A stretch of DNA of 64,000 nt from a virus. Location of the stretch: the IMG/VR virus record IMGVR_UViG_3300033402_000312; one strand, written 5' to 3'. A model generated the notes under the pieces. The model saw only the letters and a list, made by a program, of their open reading frames with translations. It was not told the DNA's origin and ran no database searches. The translations under genes were made by a program, and so were the position numbers. Below are positions 28,109 to 35,529 of this stretch, in pieces; position 1 is the stretch's first letter; each line of letters opens with the position of its first letter.

Positions 28109-30025
28109 ATGGTCAGCAAAGCCAATGACATTTCCCCTTACCAAGCCTTCATTGCTAAAAGCCGCTATGCGAGATGGATAGAGGACAAACAACGCAGAGA
28201 AAACTGGGACGAGACTGTCCAACGCTATGTGGATTTCTTCGCCCCGCGCATTCCGAAGTCCGACCGCGAGCAGGTCTCGAACGAGATAGAGAAGGCGGTC
28301 TTCAGCATGGACGTCATGCCGTCCATGCGTGCGATAATGACCGCAGGCCCGGCGCTGGAAAAAGACAACGCTGCGGGCTACAACTGTGCTTACATCGCGA
28401 TTGACGACCCTCGCGCCTTCGACGAGGCAATTTACCTTTCGATGTGCGGTACCGGCGTCGGCTTTTCTGTCGAGCGCCAGTACGTCAACCAAATGCCAGT
28501 AATAGCGGAAAATTTCTTTCCTGTTGAAACCTGCATCAAGGTGAGGGATTCCAAGGTCGGCTGGTCGAGCGCCTTGCGTCAGCTTATCCAGCTTTTGTAC
28601 AGCGGCGATGTTCCCACATGGGACTTGAGCGCCATTCGCCCCGCAGGCACTGTTTTGAAGACAATGGGGGGACGCGCTTCCGGTCCAGAGCCGCTTGACC
28701 GCCTTTTTCGCTTCGCTATCGAGCTTTTCAAGCGTGCTGCCGGGCGCAAGCTCAACTCCATCGAGTGCCATGACTTGATGTGCATGATCGGCGACGTTGT
28801 CGTGGTGGGCGGCGTGCGCAGGTCAGCGATGCTCTCGCTCTCCAACCTGTCTGACGACCGCATGAGGAACGCCAAGAACGGGCAGTGGTGGGACGAAAAG
28901 GCAGGCGGCGCTCCGTGGCGCAGGCTGGCAAACAACTCCGTGGCGTACACCGAGAAGCCCGACCCTGAAATCTTCATCAGGGAATTCCTGACGCTCATCG
29001 AGTCGAAGTCCGGCGAGCGCGGCATCTTCAACCGCGTCGCAGCGACCAACTCGGCGAAGAAGACGGGACGCCGCAAGTGGGAAGGCATTGAATTTGGGAC
29101 CAACCCGTGCGGTGAGATCAACCTGCGCTCGAAGGGCTTCTGCAACCTGTCCGAGGTCGTCGTCCGCCCGCACGACACAAAGCACAGCATCAAGAAGAAG
29201 CTCAGGATCGCAACCATCATCGGCTGCCTTCAGGCTACCCTCACGAACTTCCGCTACCTCCGCAGGGAATGGCAGAGGAACGCCGAGGAGGAATGCCTGC
29301 TGGGCGTGTCCCTGACGGGGATCATGGACAACCCGCTGATGTACACGAACGGCCCCGAGCTTGCCTCCATGCTCGACGAGCTTCGAGAGTACTCGATCTC
29401 AGTCGCCAAGGAGTGGTCGGAGAAACTGGGCATCAACATGCCAGCGGCGATCACCTGCATCAAGCCGTCCGGCACCGTGTCCCAGCTTGTGGACTGCTCG
29501 CCCGGAATCCACACGCGCTACTCCCGCTGGATCAAGCGCGGTACCCAGGAAGACCGCAAGAGTCCGATCAACGCCTTCCTGAAAACGACGGGCTGGCCCT
29601 CCGAGCCGGAGCTTAACAAGCCGAACGACAGCGACCTGTTCTATTTCGCGCTGGAGTCGCCTGCGGTGAGCAAGACGCGTAACGACTTGACGGCGCTGGA
29701 GCAACTTGAGGTCTATAAGACCTATAAGCTGCATTGGACGGAGCACAACCCCTCCTGCACCATTTACGTGAAGGAGTCGGAGTGGACTTGCGTGCTCGAC
29801 TGGTGCTTCAGGAACTTTGACCTCATCGGCGGGGTCAGTTTCCTGCCCTACGACAACGGTGTTTACCGCCAAGCCCCGTTCTCTGAAATCACAGAAGACG
29901 AGTACAAGGCGCTGTTGAAAAAACAGCCAGCCATAGACTGGTCGCGGCTGCCTGAGTTTGAGAAAGAAGACATGACTACGGCCATCAGGGAATTGGCTTG
30001 CAGCGCAGGCGGCTGTGCAATATGA
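28109..30025 (+). CDS. nrdJ: ribonucleotide reductase, class II (adenosylcobalamin-dependent, monomeric RTPR-like)
   Basis: N-terminal SRYARWIEDKQRRENWDETVQRYV matches the class II RNR signature. The thiyl-radical motif TNPCGEINL is present. 638 aa, preceded by a 200-nt AT-rich intergenic region. Confidence 0.8.
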   Translation: MVSKANDISPYQAFIAKSRYARWIEDKQRRENWDETVQRYVDFFAPRIPKSDREQVSNEIEKAVFSMDVMPSMRAIMTAGPALEKDNAAGYNCAYIAIDDPRAFDEAIYLSMCGTGVGFSVERQYVNQMPVIAENFFPVETCIKVRDSKVGWSSALRQLIQLLYSGDVPTWDLSAIRPAGTVLKTMGGRASGPEPLDRLFRFAIELFKRAAGRKLNSIECHDLMCMIGDVVVVGGVRRSAMLSLSNLSDDRMRNAKNGQWWDEKAGGAPWRRLANNSVAYTEKPDPEIFIREFLTLIESKSGERGIFNRVAATNSAKKTGRRKWEGIEFGTNPCGEINLRSKGFCNLSEVVVRPHDTKHSIKKKLRIATIIGCLQATLTNFRYLRREWQRNAEEECLLGVSLTGIMDNPLMYTNGPELASMLDELREYSISVAKEWSEKLGINMPAAITCIKPSGTVSQLVDCSPGIHTRYSRWIKRGTQEDRKSPINAFLKTTGWPSEPELNKPNDSDLFYFALESPAVSKTRNDLTALEQLEVYKTYKLHWTEHNPSCTIYVKESEWTCVLDWCFRNFDLIGGVSFLPYDNGVYRQAPFSEITEDEYKALLKKQPAIDWSRLPEFEKEDMTTAIRELACSAGGCAI

Positions 30026-30195
30026 ACATATTTTGTTGAGTTGTGCCGAAACGTCAGTAACAATAACGGGGGATAAACGCCATCGAAATCAAGCTAAAAT
30101 TCAAGATCACGCTGGCGTCCGGCGAGCAGACCGAGCAGGAAATCTCCCTCCCCGCGGACCCCAATAGGGCATTTGACCTCCAGGCGAAGCTGCTC

Positions 30196-30360
30196 ATGCA
30201 GCAGATGTTCGCCCAGTACGCGCAGGTCGGCATACTGCGCCAGCCGGAGCCTGGCACCTTCGTGCTCCTGTGCCCCAGCCAGATCGCCCTGGTCGAGTGC
30301 TCCCTGCCGTCTATCATCATCGCGGACGAGATTGAAGTCCCAAAAGTCTCCCTTGATTGA
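30196..30360 (+). CDS. small hypothetical protein (open frame extends upstream to 30067 without canonical start)
   Basis: ATG at 30196 gives 54 aa. The frame is open and coding-like from 30067. The stop overlaps the TTG/ATG region of the next gene (TTGATTGA). Confidence 0.25.
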   Translation: MQQMFAQYAQVGILRQPEPGTFVLLCPSQIALVECSLPSIIIADEIEVPKVSLD

Positions 30361-30374
30361 TTCGTCCCGCTAAT

Positions 30375-30707
30375 ATGCCTGAGCGCTATAATTGGGATCG
30401 TGAGGTCGTTCAGACCTACAAACTGACCTGCAAGGACTTTGAACACACCGGGGTGGAATGCTGTGACATTTGCCACGACCACGACCTTTCTGACATGGAG
30501 CTTCGCCTTGTGAAGATCGACGGTGTCAACGCCCTGCTTTGCTGCTCAATGGTCGCGTTCTTTTACCCGAAAGACCCCAGCAAGGGGTTGTCCCCCGAGG
30601 AAAAGCTTTTGTTGGCGATCTTCGGCGAGAAGCCGGTCCACCCCGCTGCCGAGAAGTACGTTGACCCGAGCATAAACGACCCGGACGGCGACGAGTTCAG
30701 CGACTAG
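30375..30707 (+). CDS. hypothetical Cys-rich protein (alternative TTG start at 30357)
   Basis: MPERYNWDREV..ECCDICHDHD. 110 aa. Confidence 0.45.
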   Translation: MPERYNWDREVVQTYKLTCKDFEHTGVECCDICHDHDLSDMELRLVKIDGVNALLCCSMVAFFYPKDPSKGLSPEEKLLLAIFGEKPVHPAAEKYVDPSINDPDGDEFSD

Positions 30708-30734
30708 GCAACCCCTTTTCATGGAGGTGCGACC

Positions 30735-30983
30735 ATGAGAGACAAAAAGCTCCTGACCCCGCATGAAGCAGAGATTGACAGGCTCCTCCAGATCATGGCT
30801 GTCCTGATCGACAAGTTGGGCGGCGAGGTCGTCCTTAACCGGCGCGACATCGAGTTGTTTTTTGACATCCCCGTGACAAGCCGGGTGATCTCGCCGGATT
30901 ATATCCTGTTTCGTGTCAACTACCCAGACGAGTTGGCTGAGGGCGAAATAGGTCTGCCCGACAAGGAAACCCCCCAAACGTAA
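30735..30983 (+). CDS. hypothetical protein
   Basis: 82-aa ORF with GGAGGTG RBS. Confidence 0.4.
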   Translation: MRDKKLLTPHEAEIDRLLQIMAVLIDKLGGEVVLNRRDIELFFDIPVTSRVISPDYILFRVNYPDELAEGEIGLPDKETPQT

Positions 30984-31008
30984 GGAAAACAAGAGGAAGA
31001 GTCGTTTC

Positions 31009-31038
31009 TGGCCAAAACCCGCCTGCCGCCTGTATACT
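31009..31038 (+). promoter_or_regulatory. sigma70-like promoter TGGCCA-N18-TATACT, probably giving a leaderless or near-leaderless transcript
   Basis: TGGCCA at 31009-31014, TATACT at 31033-31038. The ATG is at 31045, only 7 nt after the -10 element. Confidence 0.45.
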
Positions 31039-31044
31039 ACGGAC

Positions 31045-31680
31045 ATGGCGATCCCGGCGACGGACAAGATCACCGCGACCTTTCCGAAGAAGCACGTTTC
31101 TGCCTCCTTCCCCAACGGCGACCGCTTCGCCGCGTCCCTGCGCACCATCGAAACCGGAGTCCAAGCCGGAAGAATCTGGAACCAAGAATTCATCGCGGCG
31201 AAACACTGGGTCGCCAACGGCTGCGAGCACGCGCAGCATGTTTCTGCCCACGACGCACGTGGTCGTCGGCGCGACACGCCTTACTACGATTGCCGCGACA
31301 ACATCGGGTACGCTTTCTGCATGAACCAAGCCGCGAAGATGAGCCGCAACCTCAAGAAGCTCCAAAAACGTTCTCCCGACGCGATCACTCCCGGCATCGC
31401 CGAGTATATTGAAACGCTCGACCAGATCGACGCCGTGTGGAAGTGGCTCCAATCCGTGAAGCCGATCATCGTGAAGGGCCGCAAGCCAGCCGAGAACCCG
31501 AAGCCGGTTGACTTGACCAATACCGGGCACTGCGCGGTCTGCGAGAGGCTTTGGAAGCTGGATGGAGCGCGTCGCCAAGCGTTTCGTCGTCCACCACGGC
31601 TTCAAGATCAGCGACGGCACGGGGTGCTATTTCGGATACCGCGAGGGGAAGTGCTTTGGCACCGGGTACCAGCCCTATGA
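31045..31680 (+). CDS. hypothetical Cys/His-containing protein (3' end possibly continues in +1 frame into 31562-31978)
   Basis: Protein-like up to ..TGHCAVCERLWKLDG, then an Arg/Pro-rich junk-like tail. The overlapping +1 frame becomes protein-like from MERVAKRFVVHHGF. Confidence 0.4.
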   Translation: MAIPATDKITATFPKKHVSASFPNGDRFAASLRTIETGVQAGRIWNQEFIAAKHWVANGCEHAQHVSAHDARGRRRDTPYYDCRDNIGYAFCMNQAAKMSRNLKKLQKRSPDAITPGIAEYIETLDQIDAVWKWLQSVKPIIVKGRKPAENPKPVDLTNTGHCAVCERLWKLDGARRQAFRRPPRLQDQRRHGVLFRIPRGEVLWHRVPAL

Positions 31681-31978
31681 GCTTTCCAACCGGGCGAACA
31701 TCGAGTACAAGTGTTTCCTTCAGCAGAGACTTAAGGATGCCGAAAAGCGCCTCGCCGACCTGAAAGCCAGCGTGCCGGACACGCTGTTGGTTATGGAATA
31801 CAAAAAAGGCGTTGCCAATCCCGTCCCGGTCGAGTATGCTCGTGGCACTAAGAAGTACGAGGACGAACGCCAACATCTTGTCTGGCAGGCTGAGTCCGAA
31901 ATTCGCTGGTTGAACGAGCAGATTCCTTACCAACAGGTTCGCATCGACACGTGGCGCTTGCAGGCTTTGCCTGACTAG
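31562..31978 (+). CDS. hypothetical protein (or C-terminal part of a frameshifted 31045 gene)
   Basis: 138-aa ORF MERVAKRFVVHHGFKISDGTGCYFGYREGKCFGTGYQPY.. Overlaps the previous ORF by 119 nt. Confidence 0.4.
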   Translation: MERVAKRFVVHHGFKISDGTGCYFGYREGKCFGTGYQPYELSNRANIEYKCFLQQRLKDAEKRLADLKASVPDTLLVMEYKKGVANPVPVEYARGTKKYEDERQHLVWQAESEIRWLNEQIPYQQVRIDTWRLQALPD

Positions 31979-31983
31979 GGGGC

Positions 31984-32613
31984 ATGGTGATTGCTTCGGA
32001 TGTCCGGCTTAAGAAGAAAGTTTACGACTCCCCCGAGGAGTTGCGGCTCGTCCACCGAGCCAAGAGAGGCGACAAAACCGCTTTTGAAGCGCTTTATGTC
32101 GCGCATCACAGGCATGTGGTCGTCACCATCACCGGGTACGTCAAGGACATCGAGGCTGCCGAGTGGATCGCAAACAAGGCGCTGACGAACGTCTGGAAAG
32201 CGCTGCCAAAGTTCAGGGAGCGGTCGAAGTTCAGCACATGGATAACGCGCATCGCGATCAACGAGGCGCAGATGCACTTGCGCTCCGAAAAGAGGAGGCA
32301 ACGCGAAGTGTCGCTTGACGCCCTGCTTTCCGGGGATGAGAATTCTTCCGATGCAAGCTATGCCCAACGCTGGTTGGCGATTCGAGACCTTAAACTCGAA
32401 GGCATCGCTGATCGTCAGCTTCTCGAACGGGCCATGGGGCAAATCCCAGAGCAGTTCCGCAAGCTTCTCCGCCTCCGCCTCTGGGAAGGGCTTTCGCTGG
32501 ACGAAATCCGGGCAAGGGTGGGCGGGTCTGAGCCAGTCAGCATATCGGCTGTGAAATCCCGCATCCTGCGAGGACGCAACCTGCTCATCAGGAAAGTCGG
32601 GCAAATATCATAA
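31984..32613 (+). CDS. ECF-type RNA polymerase sigma factor (sigma-70 regions 2 and 4)
   Basis: Region 2: FEALYVAHHRHVVVTITGYV..AEWIANKALTNVWKALPKFRERSKFSTWITRIAINEAQMHLR. Region 4: LLRLRLWEGLSLDEIRARVGGSEPVSISAVKSRILRGRNLL. Confidence 0.85.
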   Translation: MVIASDVRLKKKVYDSPEELRLVHRAKRGDKTAFEALYVAHHRHVVVTITGYVKDIEAAEWIANKALTNVWKALPKFRERSKFSTWITRIAINEAQMHLRSEKRRQREVSLDALLSGDENSSDASYAQRWLAIRDLKLEGIADRQLLERAMGQIPEQFRKLLRLRLWEGLSLDEIRARVGGSEPVSISAVKSRILRGRNLLIRKVGQIS

Positions 32614-32631
32614 CGAGAGGGGGACAGTGCT

Positions 32632-32964
32632 TTGAGCTTCGACAGTTTTAACGAGGAAGAGATCGGCGGGCGGGAAGTCATCGGCAATGAGCCGCTCAAT
32701 TTTCACCTAAGGATCACGGCCCCCTTCGTCGATTTGCTGAACGAGTTGCCCGAGTTCCGCAACTTTTCCACCGGGGAGCTTTTCAATCTCCTCCCGAAGA
32801 AGTATCATAAGCTCGTGCCGCCAATCGGCGAGGATTTGCAGATTCGCGAGGCGGCATACCAGCGGGAAGAGCGCATGGCACGCGCCGTCATAGTGGGCAT
32901 GCTGGCAAAGGGGGAACAGATCGAGCGGTATCAGGCGCAGAGGTTCTTAGAGCGCTTAAGGTGA
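32632..32964 (+). CDS. hypothetical protein immediately downstream of the ECF sigma gene
   Basis: 110-aa ORF with TTG start. No ZAS motif. Position is compatible with a sigma regulator but this is unproven. Confidence 0.35.
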   Translation: MSFDSFNEEEIGGREVIGNEPLNFHLRITAPFVDLLNELPEFRNFSTGELFNLLPKKYHKLVPPIGEDLQIREAAYQREERMARAVIVGMLAKGEQIERYQAQRFLERLR

Positions 32965-33016
32965 TCCAGTTTTTGCGGCAGTAATGAAGTAGAATGGTTG
33001 TAGCCAAGGAGGCGAA

Positions 33017-33436
33017 ATGGGCGTGCCATTCGAGAAGTTTGAAGTGCATGAGTCGGACAGAAACTGGGATTTTGTCGTGCGATGTTTCCCTTATGACGCT
33101 GAGCACACGAACACGTGGCGGCAAGAGGAAAAGCAGCGTTTTATCAAACGCGCCATCCAGCATGAAATCGAGCGGGGGCACGCCGCTTCGCGAGTTTGCA
33201 AAGTTTTATGCCTTGATCCTGACGGTATTTGGCGTCCAATTCAGTTCTCTGAGATTCGTAAGGGTGATCGTTTTACCTTGGATGACGGTCGAGGCAAAGA
33301 AGACGGTACAACGACCCATACGGCCACTTCTGATGCTTATTTCTTTTCTCACATCCAGTTGGATACGGGGGAAATCATTGAAGTTGCAGGCAATTATGCC
33401 GTTGAAGTAGCGGGTGGTTATTTCTTCGAGAAATAG
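33017..33436 (+). CDS. hypothetical protein
   Basis: 139-aa ORF with AAGGAGG RBS. Confidence 0.5.
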   Translation: MGVPFEKFEVHESDRNWDFVVRCFPYDAEHTNTWRQEEKQRFIKRAIQHEIERGHAASRVCKVLCLDPDGIWRPIQFSEIRKGDRFTLDDGRGKEDGTTTHTATSDAYFFSHIQLDTGEIIEVAGNYAVEVAGGYFFEK

Positions 33437-33465
33437 GGAAATACAACGATTTCTAAAAATTCCCC

Positions 33466-33494
33466 TTGACAACCAGCGGCATTTTTGCGAATAT
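33466..33494 (+). promoter_or_regulatory. strong sigma70-like promoter (TTGACA-N17-GAATAT) upstream of the leader ORF and tRNA array
   Basis: Perfect -35 TTGACA at 33466-33471, 17-nt spacer, AT-rich -10 GAATATAG at 33489-33496. Confidence 0.55.
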
Positions 33495-33513
33495 AGGGTA
33501 TTAGGATAGAGAC

Positions 33514-33648
33514 ATGAGCTTCCTCAAGACCAACTCGGCAGCCGTAACCGCCCAAGGCGGGCGCGTAGCCGTGTGCGCGGGTACGGTCGCCGCTGAAGCG
33601 GCGGCAAACGAGGGAGATACCATGTCCCTTGGAGGGTTTGGCGAGTAA
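33514..33648 (+). CDS. 44-codon leader ORF rich in Ala/Val/Gly/Glu/Asp/Cys codons (putative attenuator leader peptide)
   Basis: MSFLKTNSAAVTAQGGRVAVCAGTVAAEAAANEGDTMSLGGFGE. An AGGA RBS lies 8 nt upstream. It uses all four GCN and all four GGN codons, GTA x2, GTG, GTC, GAA, GAG, GAT and TGC. Confidence 0.4.
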   Translation: MSFLKTNSAAVTAQGGRVAVCAGTVAAEAAANEGDTMSLGGFGE

Positions 33649-33710
33649 AGAGAGTCCAAACCAAAGATTCCAAGGGACGAACTGCAAGGCGGTTCGTCCC
33701 TTTTGCTTTT
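33625..33710 (+). terminator. rho-independent terminator with overlapping alternative antiterminator pairing (attenuator-like)
   Basis: Terminator: GGGACGAAC (33674-33682), 9-nt loop, GTTCGTCCC (33692-33700), then TTTTGCTTTT. Alternative 9-bp pairing TCCCTTGGA (33625-33633, inside the leader ORF) with TCCAAGGGA (33669-33677). This overlaps the terminator 5' arm by 4 nt. Confidence 0.5.
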
Positions 33711-33711
33711 T

Positions 33712-33787
33712 ACGCGGGTAGCTCAGCGGCAGCAGCGTCTCTCTTACAAGGAGAAGGTCGTGGGTTCAATCCCCACCCCGCGTACCA
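33712..33787 (+). tRNA. tRNA-Val (anticodon TAC)
   Basis: Acceptor ACGCGGG/CCCGCGT. Anticodon arm TCTCT-CTTACAA-GGAGA. T arm GTGGG-TTCAATC-CCCAC. CCA encoded. Confidence 0.7.
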
Positions 33788-33789
33788 GT

Positions 33790-33864
33790 GGGCCGGTAGC
33801 ATAATTGGGAATGCGCTTCCCTTGCAAGGAAGGAGAAGGGGTTCGAATCCCCCCGTGTCCACCA
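33790..33864 (+). pseudogene. tRNA-like sequence with Ala (TGC) anticodon arm but poorly paired acceptor stem (possible pseudo-tRNA)
   Basis: D arm GCAT-AATTGGGA-ATGC. Anticodon arm CTTCC-CTTGCAA-GGAAG. T loop TTCGAAT. The acceptor GGGCCGG versus CGTGTCC has two internal mismatches. Confidence 0.35.
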
Positions 33865-33955
33865 AGATCGTGCCGCCCCGGACGGCGGTAGCAGCCGGAG
33901 CCGAAAGGCTGCGGTGTTGGAGCGTCAGGCTCCTTGGGCATCCGGGCAAAAATTT

Positions 33956-34033
33956 GGAGACGTGGAGGAGTCTGGAGTCCTCGGGTCCCTGTCACGGACC
34001 AGATCGCGGGTCCAAATCCCGTCGTCTCCGCCA
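33956..34033 (+). tRNA. tRNA-Asp (GTC)
   Basis: Acceptor GGAGACG/CGTCTCC. Anticodon arm GGTCC-CTGTCAC-GGACC. T arm GCGGG-TCCAAAT-CCCGT. CCA encoded. Confidence 0.7.
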
Positions 34034-34130
34034 AGTTGGGCAACCTCGCCCCGGCAGAATGGCAGCGGCGCTGCGCGGAAGCCGGAGACAAGCGCCGGGT
34101 GCACGACCGGAGACCCAAGCGCGTTCTGTA

Positions 34131-34205
34131 AGTCGCGTAGCCAAGCGGGAAGGCGGACGCCTGCAAAGCGTCTAATCACGGGTTCGACTCCCGTCGCGAC
34201 TTCCA
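34131..34205 (+). tRNA. tRNA-Cys (GCA)
   Basis: Acceptor AGTCGCG/CGCGACT. Anticodon arm GACGC-CTGCAAA-GCGTC. T arm ACGGG-TTCGACT-CCCGT. Confidence 0.7.
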
Positions 34206-34221
34206 AGCCCGGAAAGAGACC

Positions 34222-34434
34222 GTGAGGATTCTCTACGACGAGCAGCGGCACCTGATAGCGGTCCCGTACAGCGTGGGGAACCTCCACAGGGCGGCGCGGC
34301 AACTCGGCATCAAGCGCTGCTGGTTCCACAAAGACCACTATGACGTGCCTAAGCGGATGATGGCGCGGATGCCGGAGACGGTGGCAGAAAAAGTTTCGCC
34401 GCGAGAAATAGCGAGGATCGTGCGCGGCAAGTAA
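34222..34434 (+). CDS. DUF4031-like small protein embedded in the tRNA array
   Basis: ..LHRAARQLGIKRCWFHKDHYDVPKRMMARM.. matches the DUF4031 pattern (gv.r.Wfq..HYDi). Confidence 0.55.
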   Translation: MRILYDEQRHLIAVPYSVGNLHRAARQLGIKRCWFHKDHYDVPKRMMARMPETVAEKVSPREIARIVRGK

Positions 34435-34438
34435 GTTC

Positions 34439-34513
34439 GGCACGTTCGCCAAATGGGAAGGCGGCGGTCTGCAAAACCGCGATACGAGGGTCCGATTCCC
34501 TCACGTGCCTCCA
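34439..34513 (+). tRNA. tRNA-Cys (GCA), second copy
   Basis: Acceptor GGCACGT/ACGTGCC. Anticodon arm GCGGT-CTGCAAA-ACCGC. T arm GAGGG-TCCGATT-CCCTC. Confidence 0.65.
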
Positions 34514-34519
34514 AGGTTT

Positions 34520-34890
34520 GTACTGAGCGGGACAATCGCCGCCGCGCAGATATACGCCTTTGCTTGGAACCGTGGGGAAACCCGCCGAACCAAGTCCGGC
34601 GTTGAGCGCGGGGGAGGAAAGTCCGGGCACCACAGAGCAGCGCACCAGCTAACGGCTGGGCATCGGGTCGAAAGACCGGATGACGAATAGGGCAACAGAG
34701 ACGAGCCGCTTGAGTGCGGGTGAAACGGGCAACCTCTGCGTGGTGCAATCTCAAATAGGCCGTGAGACCCTGCTCGGGTCGTTACCAAGCGGCGGGTTGA
34801 GAGCTTGAGGCGTGCAGCGATGCACGTCCTAGACGAATGATTGTCGGGCACCCTCGGGTGCTCACAGAACCCGGCTTATACGCTCAGTAC
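34520..34890 (+). ncRNA. rnpB: RNase P RNA, bacterial type A (compact)
   Basis: P1 GTACTGAGCG (5') pairs with CGCTCAGTAC (3'). Universally conserved P4 strands GGAGGAAAGTCCGGGC and ACAGAACCCGGCTTA are present. GCAACAGAGA, GGGTGAAACGGG, CAAATAGG and CTAGACGAATGATTGTC are collinear with E. coli M1 RNA. Confidence 0.9.
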
Positions 34891-34899
34891 AAAGGTTTC

Positions 34900-34973
34900 G
34901 CGGGAGTAGCTCAATGGCAGAGTGCCAGTCTTCCAAACTGGCGACGCGGGTTCGATTCCCGTCTCCCGCTCCA
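34900..34973 (+). tRNA. tRNA-Gly (TCC)
   Basis: Acceptor GCGGGAG/CTCCCGC. Anticodon arm CCAGT-CTTCCAA-ACTGG. T arm GCGGG-TTCGATT-CCCGT. Confidence 0.75.
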
Positions 34974-35041
34974 AGCTTGAGCCACCGGAGTCGCCTTAGC
35001 GGCTCCGAGAGACGCCAAGCGTCTCGCGTGGCTCTCAATTC

Positions 35042-35117
35042 GGGCGTGTAGCTCATCTGGGAGAGCGCTTCGATGGCATCGAAGAGGCGGCAGGTCCGAC
35101 TCCTGTCACGTCCACCA
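35042..35117 (+). tRNA. tRNA-Ala (GGC)
   Basis: Acceptor GGGCGTG/CACGTCC with a G3-U70 pair. Anticodon arm CTTCG-ATGGCAT-CGAAG. Confidence 0.7.
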
Positions 35118-35223
35118 AGAACTGAACGTTGCGAAGGCTTGACTCCTTGGCGGGTTTAGGGCGAAGGGTGCCATTCGTCGCAGCGTCAGTAAAGACAGGG
35201 TAGCCCATCCCGTCGCCCTGTAC

Positions 35224-35300
35224 GGGCCTGTAGCTCATTTTGGGAGAGCGTTCCCCTCGCACGGGAAAGGCGGCGAGTTCGAATCTCGTCAGGTCCACCA
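35224..35300 (+). tRNA. tRNA-Ala (CGC)
   Basis: Acceptor GGGCCTG/CAGGTCC with G3-U70. Anticodon arm TTCCC-CTCGCAC-GGGAA. T loop TTCGAAT. Confidence 0.7.
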
Positions 35301-35311
35301 AGTTTTGCAGT

Positions 35312-35389
35312 GCGCCGTTAGCTCAGCCTGGAGTGAGCGCTTCCTTGACATGGAAGAGGTCGGAGGTTCAAATCCTCCACGGCGCACCA
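35312..35389 (+). tRNA. tRNA-Val (GAC)
   Basis: Acceptor GCGCCGT/ACGGCGC. Anticodon arm CTTCC-TTGACAT-GGAAG. T arm GGAGG-TTCAAAT-CCTCC. Confidence 0.7.
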
Positions 35390-35529
35390 AAATTCATGCC
35401 GGAGGCGGAGAGATACCCGCAAAAACTCTCCGGCTCCAGTTCGGGGCTGCTTTTGTTTGATACACCCGCTGTAGGGTTAACTTATGTGATATTGCAGCCC
35501 CTGTTTTTCAGCGTCTCCGGGGGATTGAT

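Noticed and set aside
28088-28771. Minus-strand 227-aa ORF at the start of the RNR gene
   Set aside because: Antisense to a strongly supported nrdJ-like gene.
33865-33955. Additional tRNA in the spacer between the Ala-like element and tRNA-Asp
   Set aside because: Only simple hairpins (GAAA tetraloops) could be drawn. No acceptor, D, anticodon or T arrangement.
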